A stretch of 64,000 bases of DNA from Tubulanus polymorphus (taxonomy: Eukaryota; Animalia; Nemertea), in NCBI RefSeq assembly GCF_964204645.1, contig NC_134025.1, positions 13,020,001-13,084,000 on the forward strand. The letters run 5' to 3'. Of the stretch, positions 39,141-51,989 are shown piece by piece. Position 1 is the stretch's first letter. Each line of letters starts with the position of its first letter. The position numbers and the translations under genes are program-made. The notes below the pieces were generated by a model. The model saw nothing but the letters and a program-made list of their open reading frames with translations. It was not told the DNA's origin and ran no database searches.

Positions 39141-42100
39141 ATTCTCGCAATTGAAATCTACCAAAAAGAAATCAAATTATATTTGCTCCACATGAAAACA
39201 TCAACAGAAAAACTCCACCGAAATGAAAAATAGTAATGATGCGTCTTATTGCTTTTCTGAATTGTTGGTGAATTACATATCAAAATCAATGTCTCAATAT
39301 AGTTTTTTTACACTGTAAAACATAAATTCCAAACAATATTTCCATCAAATGTTTGATCGACGATTGCAATTCTGATTTTCTGAATTGTGTTTATTTTCAT
39401 CTTATTCATTTGACTGGATTTGATTTGATTCGGTTTCCCTTACGAAGGTACAGCGGAATTGTTCTTATTTCAACGAAACAATTTAATATGAATTTCATCG
39501 GTTCAATAGTATAAATGTCTGCATATTGAACCACCACCTCAAGCCTCTCCCTAAGCAGGAATTGAATTTGTTCGTTATATATTTTTATGAGAAATGTATC
39601 GGGTTGCCTATGGAATCTATAATCGACGGTTAAGGAGTGATTAAGTGATTTATCAGCGCTTATAGTATGTGACCACATTTCTACCAAACATCTCTTTCCA
39701 GGTGTCCGTCGCGAACAACGGCGACGGCGTCGGCAGCAACTAAAGCACTAAAAGTCTGGATAAATTAGATTTGGATATTAATATGCATAAAAACAAGTGA
39801 AAATGAAATCAATGGCTTTAGCTATCGATCTCGCAGTATTGTCACCATGGTGACAAGTACTGTATTTCTCCTGTGAAATAAGCTTTACTCTGTTTAATGA
39901 CTATAAAACGAAAAGACTGGTCAAACCTAACGCTTTTTTAATGATTCGGATAATGTATGCGCTGCCCTAAAATTCCCGGAATTGAGGGCTTCGAATTTTT
40001 TATTGTTTCCATATTCCCACCTTGTTCCTTTTTTTTCCCACTTGCGGATGACCTTTTTTTCTTATATTTTCGACAATTCCTTACTTGCATACATTTCCCG
40101 ATGGCTAATGTATGGATTTCTTGGAATGAAATTGAATTGAATTCAAAATGTTGTGACACCATGCTGCGTACTTCATCATCATGGAGAGATCTTCTGGGCC
40201 TCCATAATTCACAGCTAATTGTTTCGCATATCTGGGTTGGTCTGCCCATAATCCAATGAAAATAGGCCTAAAAGAACAGCTTATCTCAAATTTCATTTTT
40301 GAAAAGTAATTGCAATTGATTAATTCATATGTTTCATTCAAATATGTAAATATCGAGAATAAAGCTGATTGCATTAAAATGAAATAATCCAAATTCAACA
40401 TGCGTCCTACATGATCGGAATCATAAATTCAAATTGCAGGTTATATTATAGATACATATTCTAATCTTAGTCATTGGTGATATCAACAATTTTTCCATCA
40501 AACCTCCAAGTACTCATCGATAAAAGAACTCTCAGCGGGCGCAAGAAACCGCGGTTGGAAACAATTTTATTTTCTATATTAAGGGATGGATCGTCCATAT
40601 AAGGCCATAAATAACCAGCGTGTACAGCTGTCTAGATGAGATCAGTCGAACTATGCGGTGCTGCAACCCTCAATAACTTCGAATGGACATTTTATGCTGC
40701 TGCATTTGACAGCCGGGTAAAGATGAATTGCAAAATGGTGCAGATGCTTAAGACAAAAATACACATAGCGACGAAACTACTAAAACAGACCTTCGCTCGA
40801 TTAAGAAAAAATGGTACCGGTTATCAATCCAACATCAATCCAACAAATCGCAACAATTCCCATTTTTCCAATTTTGAAAGCATATCTGCTGTTCACATCG
40901 TGTCACCAGCAGTGATACTTAATTCCTCCCTATTTATTGGCTGTCCATGTAATTAAATTATATTTTGTACTAATGAATAGATGGATTTGAATTATATGAA
41001 TATATTTGTCATAATATATCAAATATCCCCCATCCGGGACATTCGCTATAATTGCCTAAATATGTTGAAATGTGAAATCTTCTTAGCGTCATTTCAATTA
41101 TCCTCTAAATTCAATTTGACAATATAATTCATTGCCTTAATTCAGTATGAATAGTGTACCGTTTATCAGATCCAGAAGAAAACAAACGCTGCATATTTTC
41201 TCCAGGTTCGACTAGTTTTTCGATTACCACAACTGCAAAACGTTGCCTCAACTGGATTCAATTCATTCAATGATCATAGATTCGACTTTGATCCAATTCG
41301 TTTGAACTGCCGATCACCAGATTGAATGAAAACACGCCCAACATTCAATGCAATTCGAACCACGCGTGTTATGAATCGAAACAGACGTTATTTAATAGTT
41401 TATAAAACTACCACCAGACGTCCTCACCGGCAGCTGAGACGGCTTTCTGTCGGCATCAAAGATTCATAGAATAACTGAATTACAAAAGATATCAAACTAA
41501 ATTTCTTCGTGGCTTTATTGTTTTCGTGTTGACAAAGACCCGCTTGTAGTATAATACAATAAAGATCCGTACACAACCTTAGCCGGGAAGAATTTTTTCT
41601 CGAGCCAACTTTTCGGTCAGACTATAGACGGAGACGAATCAATAACATTACAAAACATACCGCAAACCCAGAGTTCTAAGAAAACAAAACTGTTACTGAC
41701 CTTTAAACTTGACTAAAGTTTGGAAATTCGTAAATGGCAAATATTTGAATTTAATTTGTAATCGAGCCTTATTTGATCAGTTGTAGATCTAAAATAAGCC
41801 GACAATGAAAACGTGCATCGTCAGGTTACCAAACAATGATCGTACACGAATTATGATTGTAAATAAAAAAAAACTCACCATGACGTCTGACTGACTAACA
41901 TAATAGTAATATGGCGATCAACATTTTGTACCCAGCAGGCACATTCAGGTTTGAATAGAAAATGATTGGTCTCTTAAGAACTAGAAAAACCCAGTACTTA
42001 TAAAGGACATGAAAATAAAAAATAGTTGATAAAATTACATTTCACTATATTCAACAGCGCTACGTTTACAGTCCGCTTTTAAAACCACCAGACAAAAATT

Positions 42101-42791
42101 TGAGATAAATTCAGTCTTGTCATGTTTGTTCCCCTTTTTTATCCCAAATCGGTAGAATACTTATAGGTCAACGAACTAGTAACTCACGTTTGAGATAGTG
42201 GCTTTGGAATAAACGATAACACTTTTTTTTCACCGCACCAGTCGGCAACATGTTTTGGCAGCCCACGTTAACCTTTCACCTTCCCTATACAAAAGCTAAA
42301 TGTCTCCAATATTCAAATAACAACATATTGCTCTTTTTTATACAAAGTTATCCTCATACAACATATTGTATATCAACGCGCACATAAATGAGTGAAAAAA
42401 TGTCTGCGCAAGCAAAATGTAGTCGGTGAATAGGATATTTTGTAGATACATTTTTTTTCTTAACTTCATTATGCGACCAAAAACGTGCGTGTTCTGTTCT
42501 GTTTGAGCATGTAGCTTTAAATAACAACATATTGAGAATCTTCTCAGTCGATTAAAGCAAAAATTTGAATATTTGAAATAATCAAGCTAACAATAAATAG
42601 CATATGGATCCAGTTTCCTAGTTAAGAGTTTGAAAACAGGCAAGGCCTTCTTCTAAAATCGAGCAAAATTTTGTCACAGCTCTGATTTCAGAAATTAGGG
42701 TTTATTTCATGTATCAAAATTTCAAAATTATCTCTAACACACTTTTTACGCTATTCTCAACTGTTTTCGCAAAAGACATTGATCAATTTTC

Positions 42792-42795
<4 letters not shown>

Positions 42796-42865
<70 letters not shown>
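42796..42865. repeat. (AT)n microsatellite, about 35 units
   Basis: Read directly from the sequence. Confidence 0.98.
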
Positions 42866-42867
<2 letters not shown>

Positions 42868-45800
42868 TACAATCAGTCATTATTGATGAAGGTTTCCTCA
42901 GTTCCTCCTAGATTCATGGTTAATCCAGACTATAGGCCGTTAAGATTTTTATTTATTGTACGAATATACACGCAAAGCCATCTTAATTTCCTTCCTCAAC
43001 TCATTACAACACTCATTAAAGTGTGGCGACTTTGTATAATCTGATTATGAATCAACGGCACAACAAAAGTAAATTTCACTGGTAATAAATGCAAAGCCGG
43101 TGTTATTGCCTGTAACGGGGCATTTTCCCTACACCGGATGACTAAAAGTGTGTGATAGCAGATACATGATGGGCCTGCCACAGAGGCTGCCTTGACACAG
43201 AAAATAGTTTACACAACTTTTCCAATCTGATAAGAAATGTTTGCGATCTAAAATCAAAAAATAATCTCTCATCACCGAAAAACTTCATATTGCCGGTAAT
43301 AAGACAATGGAAACCGTATATTGAAGCTTCTTGATCCATTTCAAAATTATGAGAAAAAGAAGTGAAGAATTGCTTTTCACAATAGCCGAAGAACTGCCTT
43401 TTTCAACTAAATGACACCTTAACAAAATAATTTTTCACTCACGCACGCATACAGGCATCTATAATAAATCGAGCTAGAATGAAAGTCGCTATTTTATCGG
43501 ATATCGTATAAATAAATGTAGCTGCGTAGCGGAGCTGTCACTGGGCTCGTGGTATAAGTGACAGGACTGGTGTAAAAGCTGACGTATGGAGTGGTAAATA
43601 ATTTATCCATTATCTTGTTTTCGCCTATTGTTATCGATCAGGTGAGTTTACTGGCGTAGTTTTCATTCATAAATCAGAGACTCTCAAAAACGAGTGCGAG
43701 CGCAATACAGACTGAGCCCACAAACAACAACGAAATCATTAAGCATTCCCCAGTTAGACATTATCTTAAATCTAATAATTTCGATTACCCCGATCAGTGG
43801 AGGTGTGCGTATGTATGTATTTCATAATAAAACGTGTGATCGGACCGTCACACATTTGTAAAAAACCCATACACGTTCAAAAAGCCTGAAGATGTGTTCC
43901 CATATCATTCGTTCTTTCTCCCTCTACCTCTTCTATGACTCATAGGCTCTCTCTACGAACACACCGGTAATCTGTTTGCTAACATTTTCGCCAACTTAGT
44001 AAATTTCGAGTCAAACTAGCGTATCAATGAAGATTTACCGAGAAAGATCCATCCCAAACAGAAAAAGCGTTTGGTCAAATTTCAGCTCAAAAAGACTGAA
44101 TAATGCTTCAATCAAAAATGATCGTCACAAATTCACCAAAAGCCAAAATTAACCAATCAGACATGTGTGCACACTTCATGTAACATTGGAAAAATATCGG
44201 CGCGCGCGCGATATACTACGCATATAACTAGCGCAAAACGTTATTGTACAATATCTACCCGGTGCGCTTTGTCAATCATGGTTACGGATATCAAAAAATC
44301 ATACTCCGCTCATAAATTAGAACCGGAAATTTCATGAGGGGATATTGCCGATGACAATAAGAGTCGATCTGACCCCACACTGCGAGCGTCGATAAATCAT
44401 AACCAATAATTCACTTTTTGATAACCACGATTTAATTTCGCCCTCGATATACGACTACGCAGGCGACGAAAATGATGCCGATGGATGGAAAACGCCATCT
44501 TCAAGTGTTCGGTCGAGAAAGTTGAATCGTGCGCGGAGAGGCAACTTTTATTACTCATGTCCACGATATTAACACACACGCCGCAGAAATGAGAAACGAG
44601 AAGAGACTTTCTTATCTGAAAGCTCGTTCCCAAGAGTTTCAATATTATGACTTCTTTGAAGTGTCAGCCGGGCGATATTCTACCGCCTGAATATATCAAC
44701 AGATAATAAGTTGACCATCGGTTTAAAAAAAAGAGTTATGATCCGCTGAGTTACGAGATATCATGATTTCATAGCTGCCAATCACAATTTTACACCTTCA
44801 CTACGTGTCAGTTTCTTTCAATGAAAGGATGAGTTGATATCTGACATTAGTGATTGGCATTAAGATTTATGATGCCGTTGGTCTAATCTGTAATTACCAA
44901 CCATAATCATATGCTTAGCCAACAAGAAGTATTACATATTTCAGTCATGTATTTATAGCGTTCTGGTAATAATTATATACGTAGCGCCATCAATACAAAC
45001 TAGAAGAGGAGACACAGAGAGGAAAAGCTCAGGGTATTTGGATTTCGCTGACCGCAAACGTAGATGATGAGAAACTTGCTGGTACATGGATGTCCAATTT
45101 GCCTTTTTCTTCTCATGCTTTATTGTACACATGAAAGCGATACCTACGCCATTAAATGCGGGTTTCATGAGCATTCAATTTCCTTTGGAAAATATATAAA
45201 CTTAAAGATGCATAATGCAAACCAATGGTTATCAACTCCATTAAACAAACCAGCTGAAACAACATGTAACTAAATCAATGGTGAGCTTTGCTTTTCAATT
45301 TGGAGCTCTTAAAATTTGTATCAGGTCTGCAACTCAGCCAAGTGTAGAAAATGCAATAAATGTTCTTTCCATTGTATCCATCTGCTCTGCAAACCAAAAA
45401 TCAATTCTGCTATGATACAATGAATCACCAGTTATTGTTTAGACTAATTTAATTATTGATAAAAGCTCTAAGTAGCGCAGGTATGCTAGTTTATAGCTTG
45501 AGAGCTGGGGCTCCGCACGGGAAAGCTCGGCTTCTTCGAGTGCCTCTTGAAAAGCGATGCAATCTGTTACCTGATAACGGTTTTAGTTTTTGGGGTAGAC
45601 AAAGGCCACCCATGGACATAATTGAGAGAATATCGAGTCTCGCTTACCTTAATAACTCGGTAGCACAAAATTCCAAATTTGGGAAAAACCAATTTCCTCC
45701 TCAAAATCAAGGACTGACCTACATCCGAGCTCAACTTCTCATCAATTACGCAAATGAGATATGTTGCACTTTGACATGAATTGAGTGAAGCAATGCTCAA

Positions 45801-48800
45801 TAAAAGCATATATCATTCACGGTGACGAATAGACAAATAAACGCTACACACTACGGCTGGATCCCCTATAAAATCTAATGGCTAAACGACCACAAAAAGG
45901 CCTGCTTCATGCAGTTCGTAATAACCGATGGGAATCACTCAAATTGTCAACTCCCTGACCTGCTATAACAAGTTTCCTAAATGGCCGACTTGACAGATTG
46001 AAAAATATTGCTTCTTTTCATCAAAGGGCTATAACAGTACCTATTAACAGGGAAACATGCCACTTCAGCCCAACACACTACAGATGGCTTGGAAATCAGG
46101 CTTTATATCCATTGAGACATTCATTTCTGGAAGCAACGAGACCCTCATGACCCATTCTTGATAATTACCTATTATAGAGGTCCTGCGATCCTGGCCATTT
46201 CTTACTATCAAATCAACCACTAGTCCGATGAAAACATACTGCTGATACTAACTGATAGGCAATGTCGATCATAACCAATCTTGGTGAAGCAATTTTGCCA
46301 ATACTGTATGCATTCAACCTTAGTTTGGAACTTATCTACACATTCCTGAATTTCAATATGCTTCCAGTAAAGCTTGATGTTTAAATGCCTTACAACCATC
46401 CTCCTTCAAATCAATTCCATATGATTAAATCCATGTAAAACTGTGTAATGGATTTCTTTTCTAAAGTCGAATCAAACCGAGCTTACCATCTGTGATGCAA
46501 TACAAGGGCAATATTAAGTCAACAGTTTTGTCGATTTCCTTAATTTCAATATGAAAGTTTTGATGAAATGTAACTGATTAAGGGAGCATCTCAAAATACC
46601 AACACTTCATCTCATGTGAATAACGCTCTAGTACTTCATGACCTCCTAAATAATGAAGCAATGATATTTTGAGATGGCCCCTAAACTTGGTGGCTTATTA
46701 GGCAGATTTTATGACAGGTTTTAATTGACCATTTTCCAGTTTAGGGATAGCAATTCAGGACTCTCTACTGGCCATCTACCAGGTTTACAGATTTTGCTAT
46801 TCCGGAATAGGTAGATCATATACTGGTTGAAATGAACATGTCAGAGGAGTTATTCCAGAATTGGTAGAGACCGATCGAACTTTGCCAAGATGTCATTTTC
46901 CGTGGAAAGTTTAAAACACCACATTAGGCTTGCTTGTGAAGAGGATCAGGAACAAGGAAAAACAGCAAGACTCGTCAAATAGGCATGTTATTGATATATG
47001 TAGTATAGGACTGAGGATGTCATTGTACATACACATGTACTTTGGTACGAAGAAGTGGGAGCCAACACCAATCAATATATGTCATATGATGAGACAATGT
47101 GTAGCAATGTGATTGGTATACAGTGGCACCCAGGCTCACCAGATTATACGATCTCTAATATAATTACTGCTGATCAGGTGAAAATCCTATTATCAGCCAT
47201 GTAGCAGTCTGCCGAGCTCCTTGTGTAAATAATATAGTAATCTTGTTCTAATGCCACTAAATGTGTTCATTAGCCCCTAAGACCTGGCACGGCACTGAAC
47301 GATGTGTCTCCACGTGTGTAATAATGCGCCATATCGTACGCCGTTTGTATCCCGTCGTAAAAATAACAGAAATTGGATTTATAATCTTTCAGCAAGGAAT
47401 CGTGTAATATTTGCTGTTCAGATTTGTAATGCCGAATGTCTGTAGTAGCTATAAGCCTTCTCCTCAATTCCTCATAACTACTAAGCCCAAGAACCAAGTC
47501 AATATAAGCGGATGGGTGTGGCAATAGCTTGTTATCGGCGGATCTTGAAATTGATATCCTCGTGCGTTGATTTCTTCTTTCAGCCAATGATGGAAAACGA
47601 ATCACGAGAATGGACATTGGACATCGCAACACAGTTATCTTAAAAATCAACTATGAACTATGCTATGCATCTAATATAAGATTTCATAATGAAACTTAAG
47701 ATCAATGGTTAGACTTCTACAGTCCTCCAATGATGCAGACCATGAAGATGGTACAACTACGTTGGCTATCAGGGTTTTTACAATGTATGCATACCATGAA
47801 ATAGAAGTTTATGAGTTCCAACTTCAATTACACCGTCCATTTTACATCGACGAATAACGATCAATGTCTTATGGTGATAATTCATAAAAGATGACAAACA
47901 ACGTGAACGCGAGTTTCATCGAAGTGAACGAGAAACCATATTCCAATTTAACGTGTATGGAAATGCAAGTGACCATAATTTCAACGGCTAACATAACCTG
48001 CAATCGAAATGCACAACTGCATCGGCTGAGAGACTACACGTTGAGATTATGTCTCGCCCAATAAAATACCATCAAGCCTTTTGGTCGTAATTGGAACATG
48101 GGAACCATTCAATTATTTTTACATCTACTGCTATTCACTGTACTGCTCTCTTGCCATTAGCTAAGAAGAAAAAGTACATAACCGAGCATTAGTTGCTTTC
48201 TCCGGCGCACACTACGCACACTAGGTAATGATATTACCTACTCTCTGATACTGGTTTAATTATTAGATGGGGTATGACTAAAATGACCAATGAAACACTG
48301 CCACTTTTATAGCTTTCACTTCATAGACTCTACCAACAAACAGCAAAGAGCACCGGCAGGAATCACATTGACAAACGGAACTGCGCGACGTAGCAATTCA
48401 CCAATCAACACAAGAAGATCGTTCGGGATTTGTTGTCATTAGATACGTTTGCAAACAGCATCACAGCTCACCCCAATCGAGCGAGACATGGCGAGAAAGT
48501 TTTTATTTCGCCTTAATCTCCAGCAGTGAAAGAGATCAAATAGCTCATTTCAAAAAATGGTCATTTGTTAAATCTGATGTGACAAGACACCAACTGTTTC
48601 CTTCCTTAAGAGCGTTTTTATCTCACACAAAAAACTATATGCAGAGCCATAGCATCACCAGTTGAAAAATCATGCTCTATTTAATAATCTGTGACCCATT
48701 GCAGAGTACTTTTTCAGCAGTTGAATCAGTGATCTCTGCCACATATACTAGATTCCACTAATGGGTCTCGATTCCCATTTTTTCCTTCAGCAGAACTAGT

Positions 48801-51800
48801 GTCTGAGCTAGTCGCGCTTACAAGACAAATTATCGCCGAATGTTGGTCAACAAAGGCCGGCGTATCTAAACCTGACCCCCGGGTCCCACTTCATATTTGA
48901 CATTATGAATCATGGCATGCAAGTCATTGTCAATGGGGGCATGGACGCGCATGAACGTAGATCATTAGCGTGCATCCAGTAATAATATCTTCAATCACCC
49001 GCCGGACAAGCGTTTCACAAAAAACAACCTCACCGCCGTACAATATCTGCAACGTTCAAAAGAGCAATTGGGCATCGCACAAGTCGATATGGAGCTGCTA
49101 AGTATCGGCTATTAAAGCGCAAACTGACGCCTGGAATTGTATCAGATATTTATTACTTAGCATTCAAGTCTCGATAGGCAGGAAACTGGAATACTGTGTG
49201 GGAAAGCCTCGAGAATAACTTACCAGAATTAAACACCAACGTTGTTCTTTCGTTTGAAATTAGTTTTCCACGCATTGGAAAAAACCTACAGGGAACTGCT
49301 TGCACAGGTCGTATCCAACATGGACCGTTGAAAAATTACAGTTTTGCGAATCATTATTTTAGTTGTAGCAAACTAAATAAATCCTATATACAATTCATAG
49401 CGGTTTGACTTGACAGATTGAATGAATTGATGTCTTCAATTTCATCAACTTTTTCAGACATTCTGAAATAAAATGATACAAACCACAAATGACGCTAGTC
49501 GATCGTGTTTGTGGCACTTTACTGAAGTTGTGGTCCATTTGTGCTCACAATAGCTATGTCCTACAGCGTAATGGGCAAGCGAGCGCTTGCTGACAGTCGT
49601 AAAATCCATCATGCCTTCAAGACTCGGGCATGTAATGGTAATTTTGTAATTATTTCTTTACTATCACTGGATGAAATGGCATGGAAACACGCATAAATCA
49701 ACTGCTTCAACCAGCCACACAATTCAGAAGGAAATTATCTCACTTCGCCCTTGCAACCGAAGCGGTGAACCAAATATTCACCAGGAAACTTAGTTCGGCA
49801 TTTCAAAAAAATTATGAATCAGACATATTACTTGTAGTTTGAATGTATTTGGATAATCTAATATATAACCATCAGAACCTATATGGCCTGTAAAACAGTG
49901 AAGTTGTGCATTATTTAGCAGACGCATAAATTTGATTTATCGTCACAATTTGAGTGATATGAAATAGGCAGGCTGAGTACCAGCCGACGTTTTTATGGCT
50001 TTATTTGGACAAAAGCAAATTCGGCTGAATCCCGATTAATCAACAGAAAGATATTGGATGCAAGAATAGGTCACAACGCCAATACCGGCGAGGTCCTGCA
50101 ATTTTGACGAACTGAACTTAGCTTTTAATAACGACAATCATCGTTATGGCCTATTGGTAGACATCAAACTGTCACATATATCACCGAGCCTTTGATAGCC
50201 GTGTAGCCACCCTTCATATTACCAGGAGTTACCCTTATTTCAATTGTAACGCTCTACTGCACCAGATACACGTGTATGTACATAGCAAAAAACATGTGCC
50301 CATTCCATTGCTTCATTCGAAATTTACCAAGTGAGCAAATGGAAATAAAACTGCCACATAAAATAGCAATGAGGGTCTCGAATAACGACCATTAATATTA
50401 AAACAGGTTATTTAGCTAAAGCTATAGAAGTGAATTTTGTAGGAACACAAGCATTAGCCGATTCCCCAAAGATCGAATGGCATAGACTAACAGATCCGAA
50501 ATAGACAAATAATTTAATTGTCTGTAGCAGCTATTCCTAATAAGGCTGAATTGGACCATATAAAAGCACAATTATTTCAATACCATCAGCATTATCAACA
50601 TCTGTGGTCCTTTCATAGACGTCCTATTCATTTCTTGCTTCTCAAAAGGAGCAACGTTTTCAATGCAAGAGAACAACGCTGGCACCGAACATACGTGGCG
50701 GCGGCGGCAGCGATTAGACTAAAGAGTCAATGGTATCAATGATGATGTAGATGATGCGATTATCAAAAGTCAAAAGTGCCTACCGCAATCGAGCTGAGTT
50801 CGATGCAAAGATGGGGAGCAAGAATATAAAAAGAACCTCTTCGTTTATAGTAAAGTGGATAGCGTACGTTATAAAGAGGAGCTGCTGGTTTAAAAAAATA
50901 AAACTTAACATTCCAAAGATACCTGGCCTAAGATGAGGATATACAAAGCACTATATGTAAAAATACATTCATTTGAAAATTCCGAGATTTCTCATCGAAA
51001 TGAGGCACAAATGATTGGGCACTGATTTCAAATAAATCGGCACTTCTGCAGGCATCACATTACCGATTTCCTTTTCTTATGGCACCGATCAAATGAACAA
51101 AGATGGTGGTTTCATCAGGAAATGTTCATCTTTGTAGCAATTAGAAAGTGCTAATAGGCTTAATTTTGCAGTTTTACCGCTTTGGTGTGACAAGTCGCGT
51201 GTTCATTATCGAAGATGGAGCCACTCGATGTGTCAGCAATCAACAGTGGCGATTGTGAGAACGCGATATAATGAGTCCAACACCACCCATTAAGAACAGA
51301 AACCAATGAGCAATTATCAACAAAAATATGAAGCAAATTGGCCCAACCTAATGAGCTGTCATCTCAACCGTATATCACTGTAGTAAAACAAAAGAAGCAC
51401 TCCCTCTATACTCTATCAATTTTACTACAACTTCTCCAACTTCAGTCTTGAAAATCTTAAAATATTTCAATGCTTTTTTTTCATTCAAATGAGCATAGCC
51501 TTAAACGAAGTCAGCTGAAAATGATATCTGATGAAAATTTCCTTCATAAATTCTATCAATTATACGAGCTACATAGTAGGTCTGGCCCTTATTATGGATT
51601 GATTTCTATTGCGAGGGGAGTCTTATGAATACCACATCAAGGGCCGAAATTAAATTTGATGAAAAAACTGTAGTAGGCAAATAAGTGCTACATTCAAATT
51701 ATCTAAATAGCCTATATCATAACATATATCGTTTAGTGTGAGCTAATAGATTACCATACCGTTTATTTTTTTACCAAAACATGATAATATGGCACATCAA

Positions 51801-51844
51801 TATTGCTGAAAAAGAGAATGTTCGAAAAAATAAGAATAACTTAC

Positions 51845-51989
51845 CCGCTTCACTGCCATTTTCTACACTATGGGTTGAATTTTGATTCGTCGACTGGCTA
51901 TGAGGCCCAGGCGTGTCTCCTGACCGCGACGACTGTGTGTCATCCTGCTGATGGCTGAACGGTAACCCTGTTGGTGGTGAGCTTGTAGG
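51845..51989 (-). CDS. Meis: Meis/hth coding exon (vertebrate exon 7 equivalent), linker PTSSPPTGLPFSHQQDDTQSSRSGDTPGPHSQSTNQNSTHSVENGSEA(G)
   Basis: DDTQSSRSGDTPGP...SEAG resembles vertebrate Meis DDTASTRSGGTPGP...SEQG. Acceptor is tctcctccatattcgttgcag|CCT and donor is GCG G|gtaagt (phase 1), which fits the next exon. Length 145 nt; the acceptor choice is slightly uncertain. Confidence 0.88.

Larger units (their letters stand above)
31679..51844 (-). other. GT-AG intron of Meis (20,166 bp)
   Basis: Bounded by a gtaagt donor and a tttcag acceptor. Phase 1 joins G|GT to make Gly. Confidence 0.85.

Noticed and set aside
47270-47650. 126-aa minus-strand ORF, the longest non-repeat ORF
   Set aside because: No recognisable domain, a non-ATG start and no evident splice context; a length like this is plausible by chance in 64 kb.
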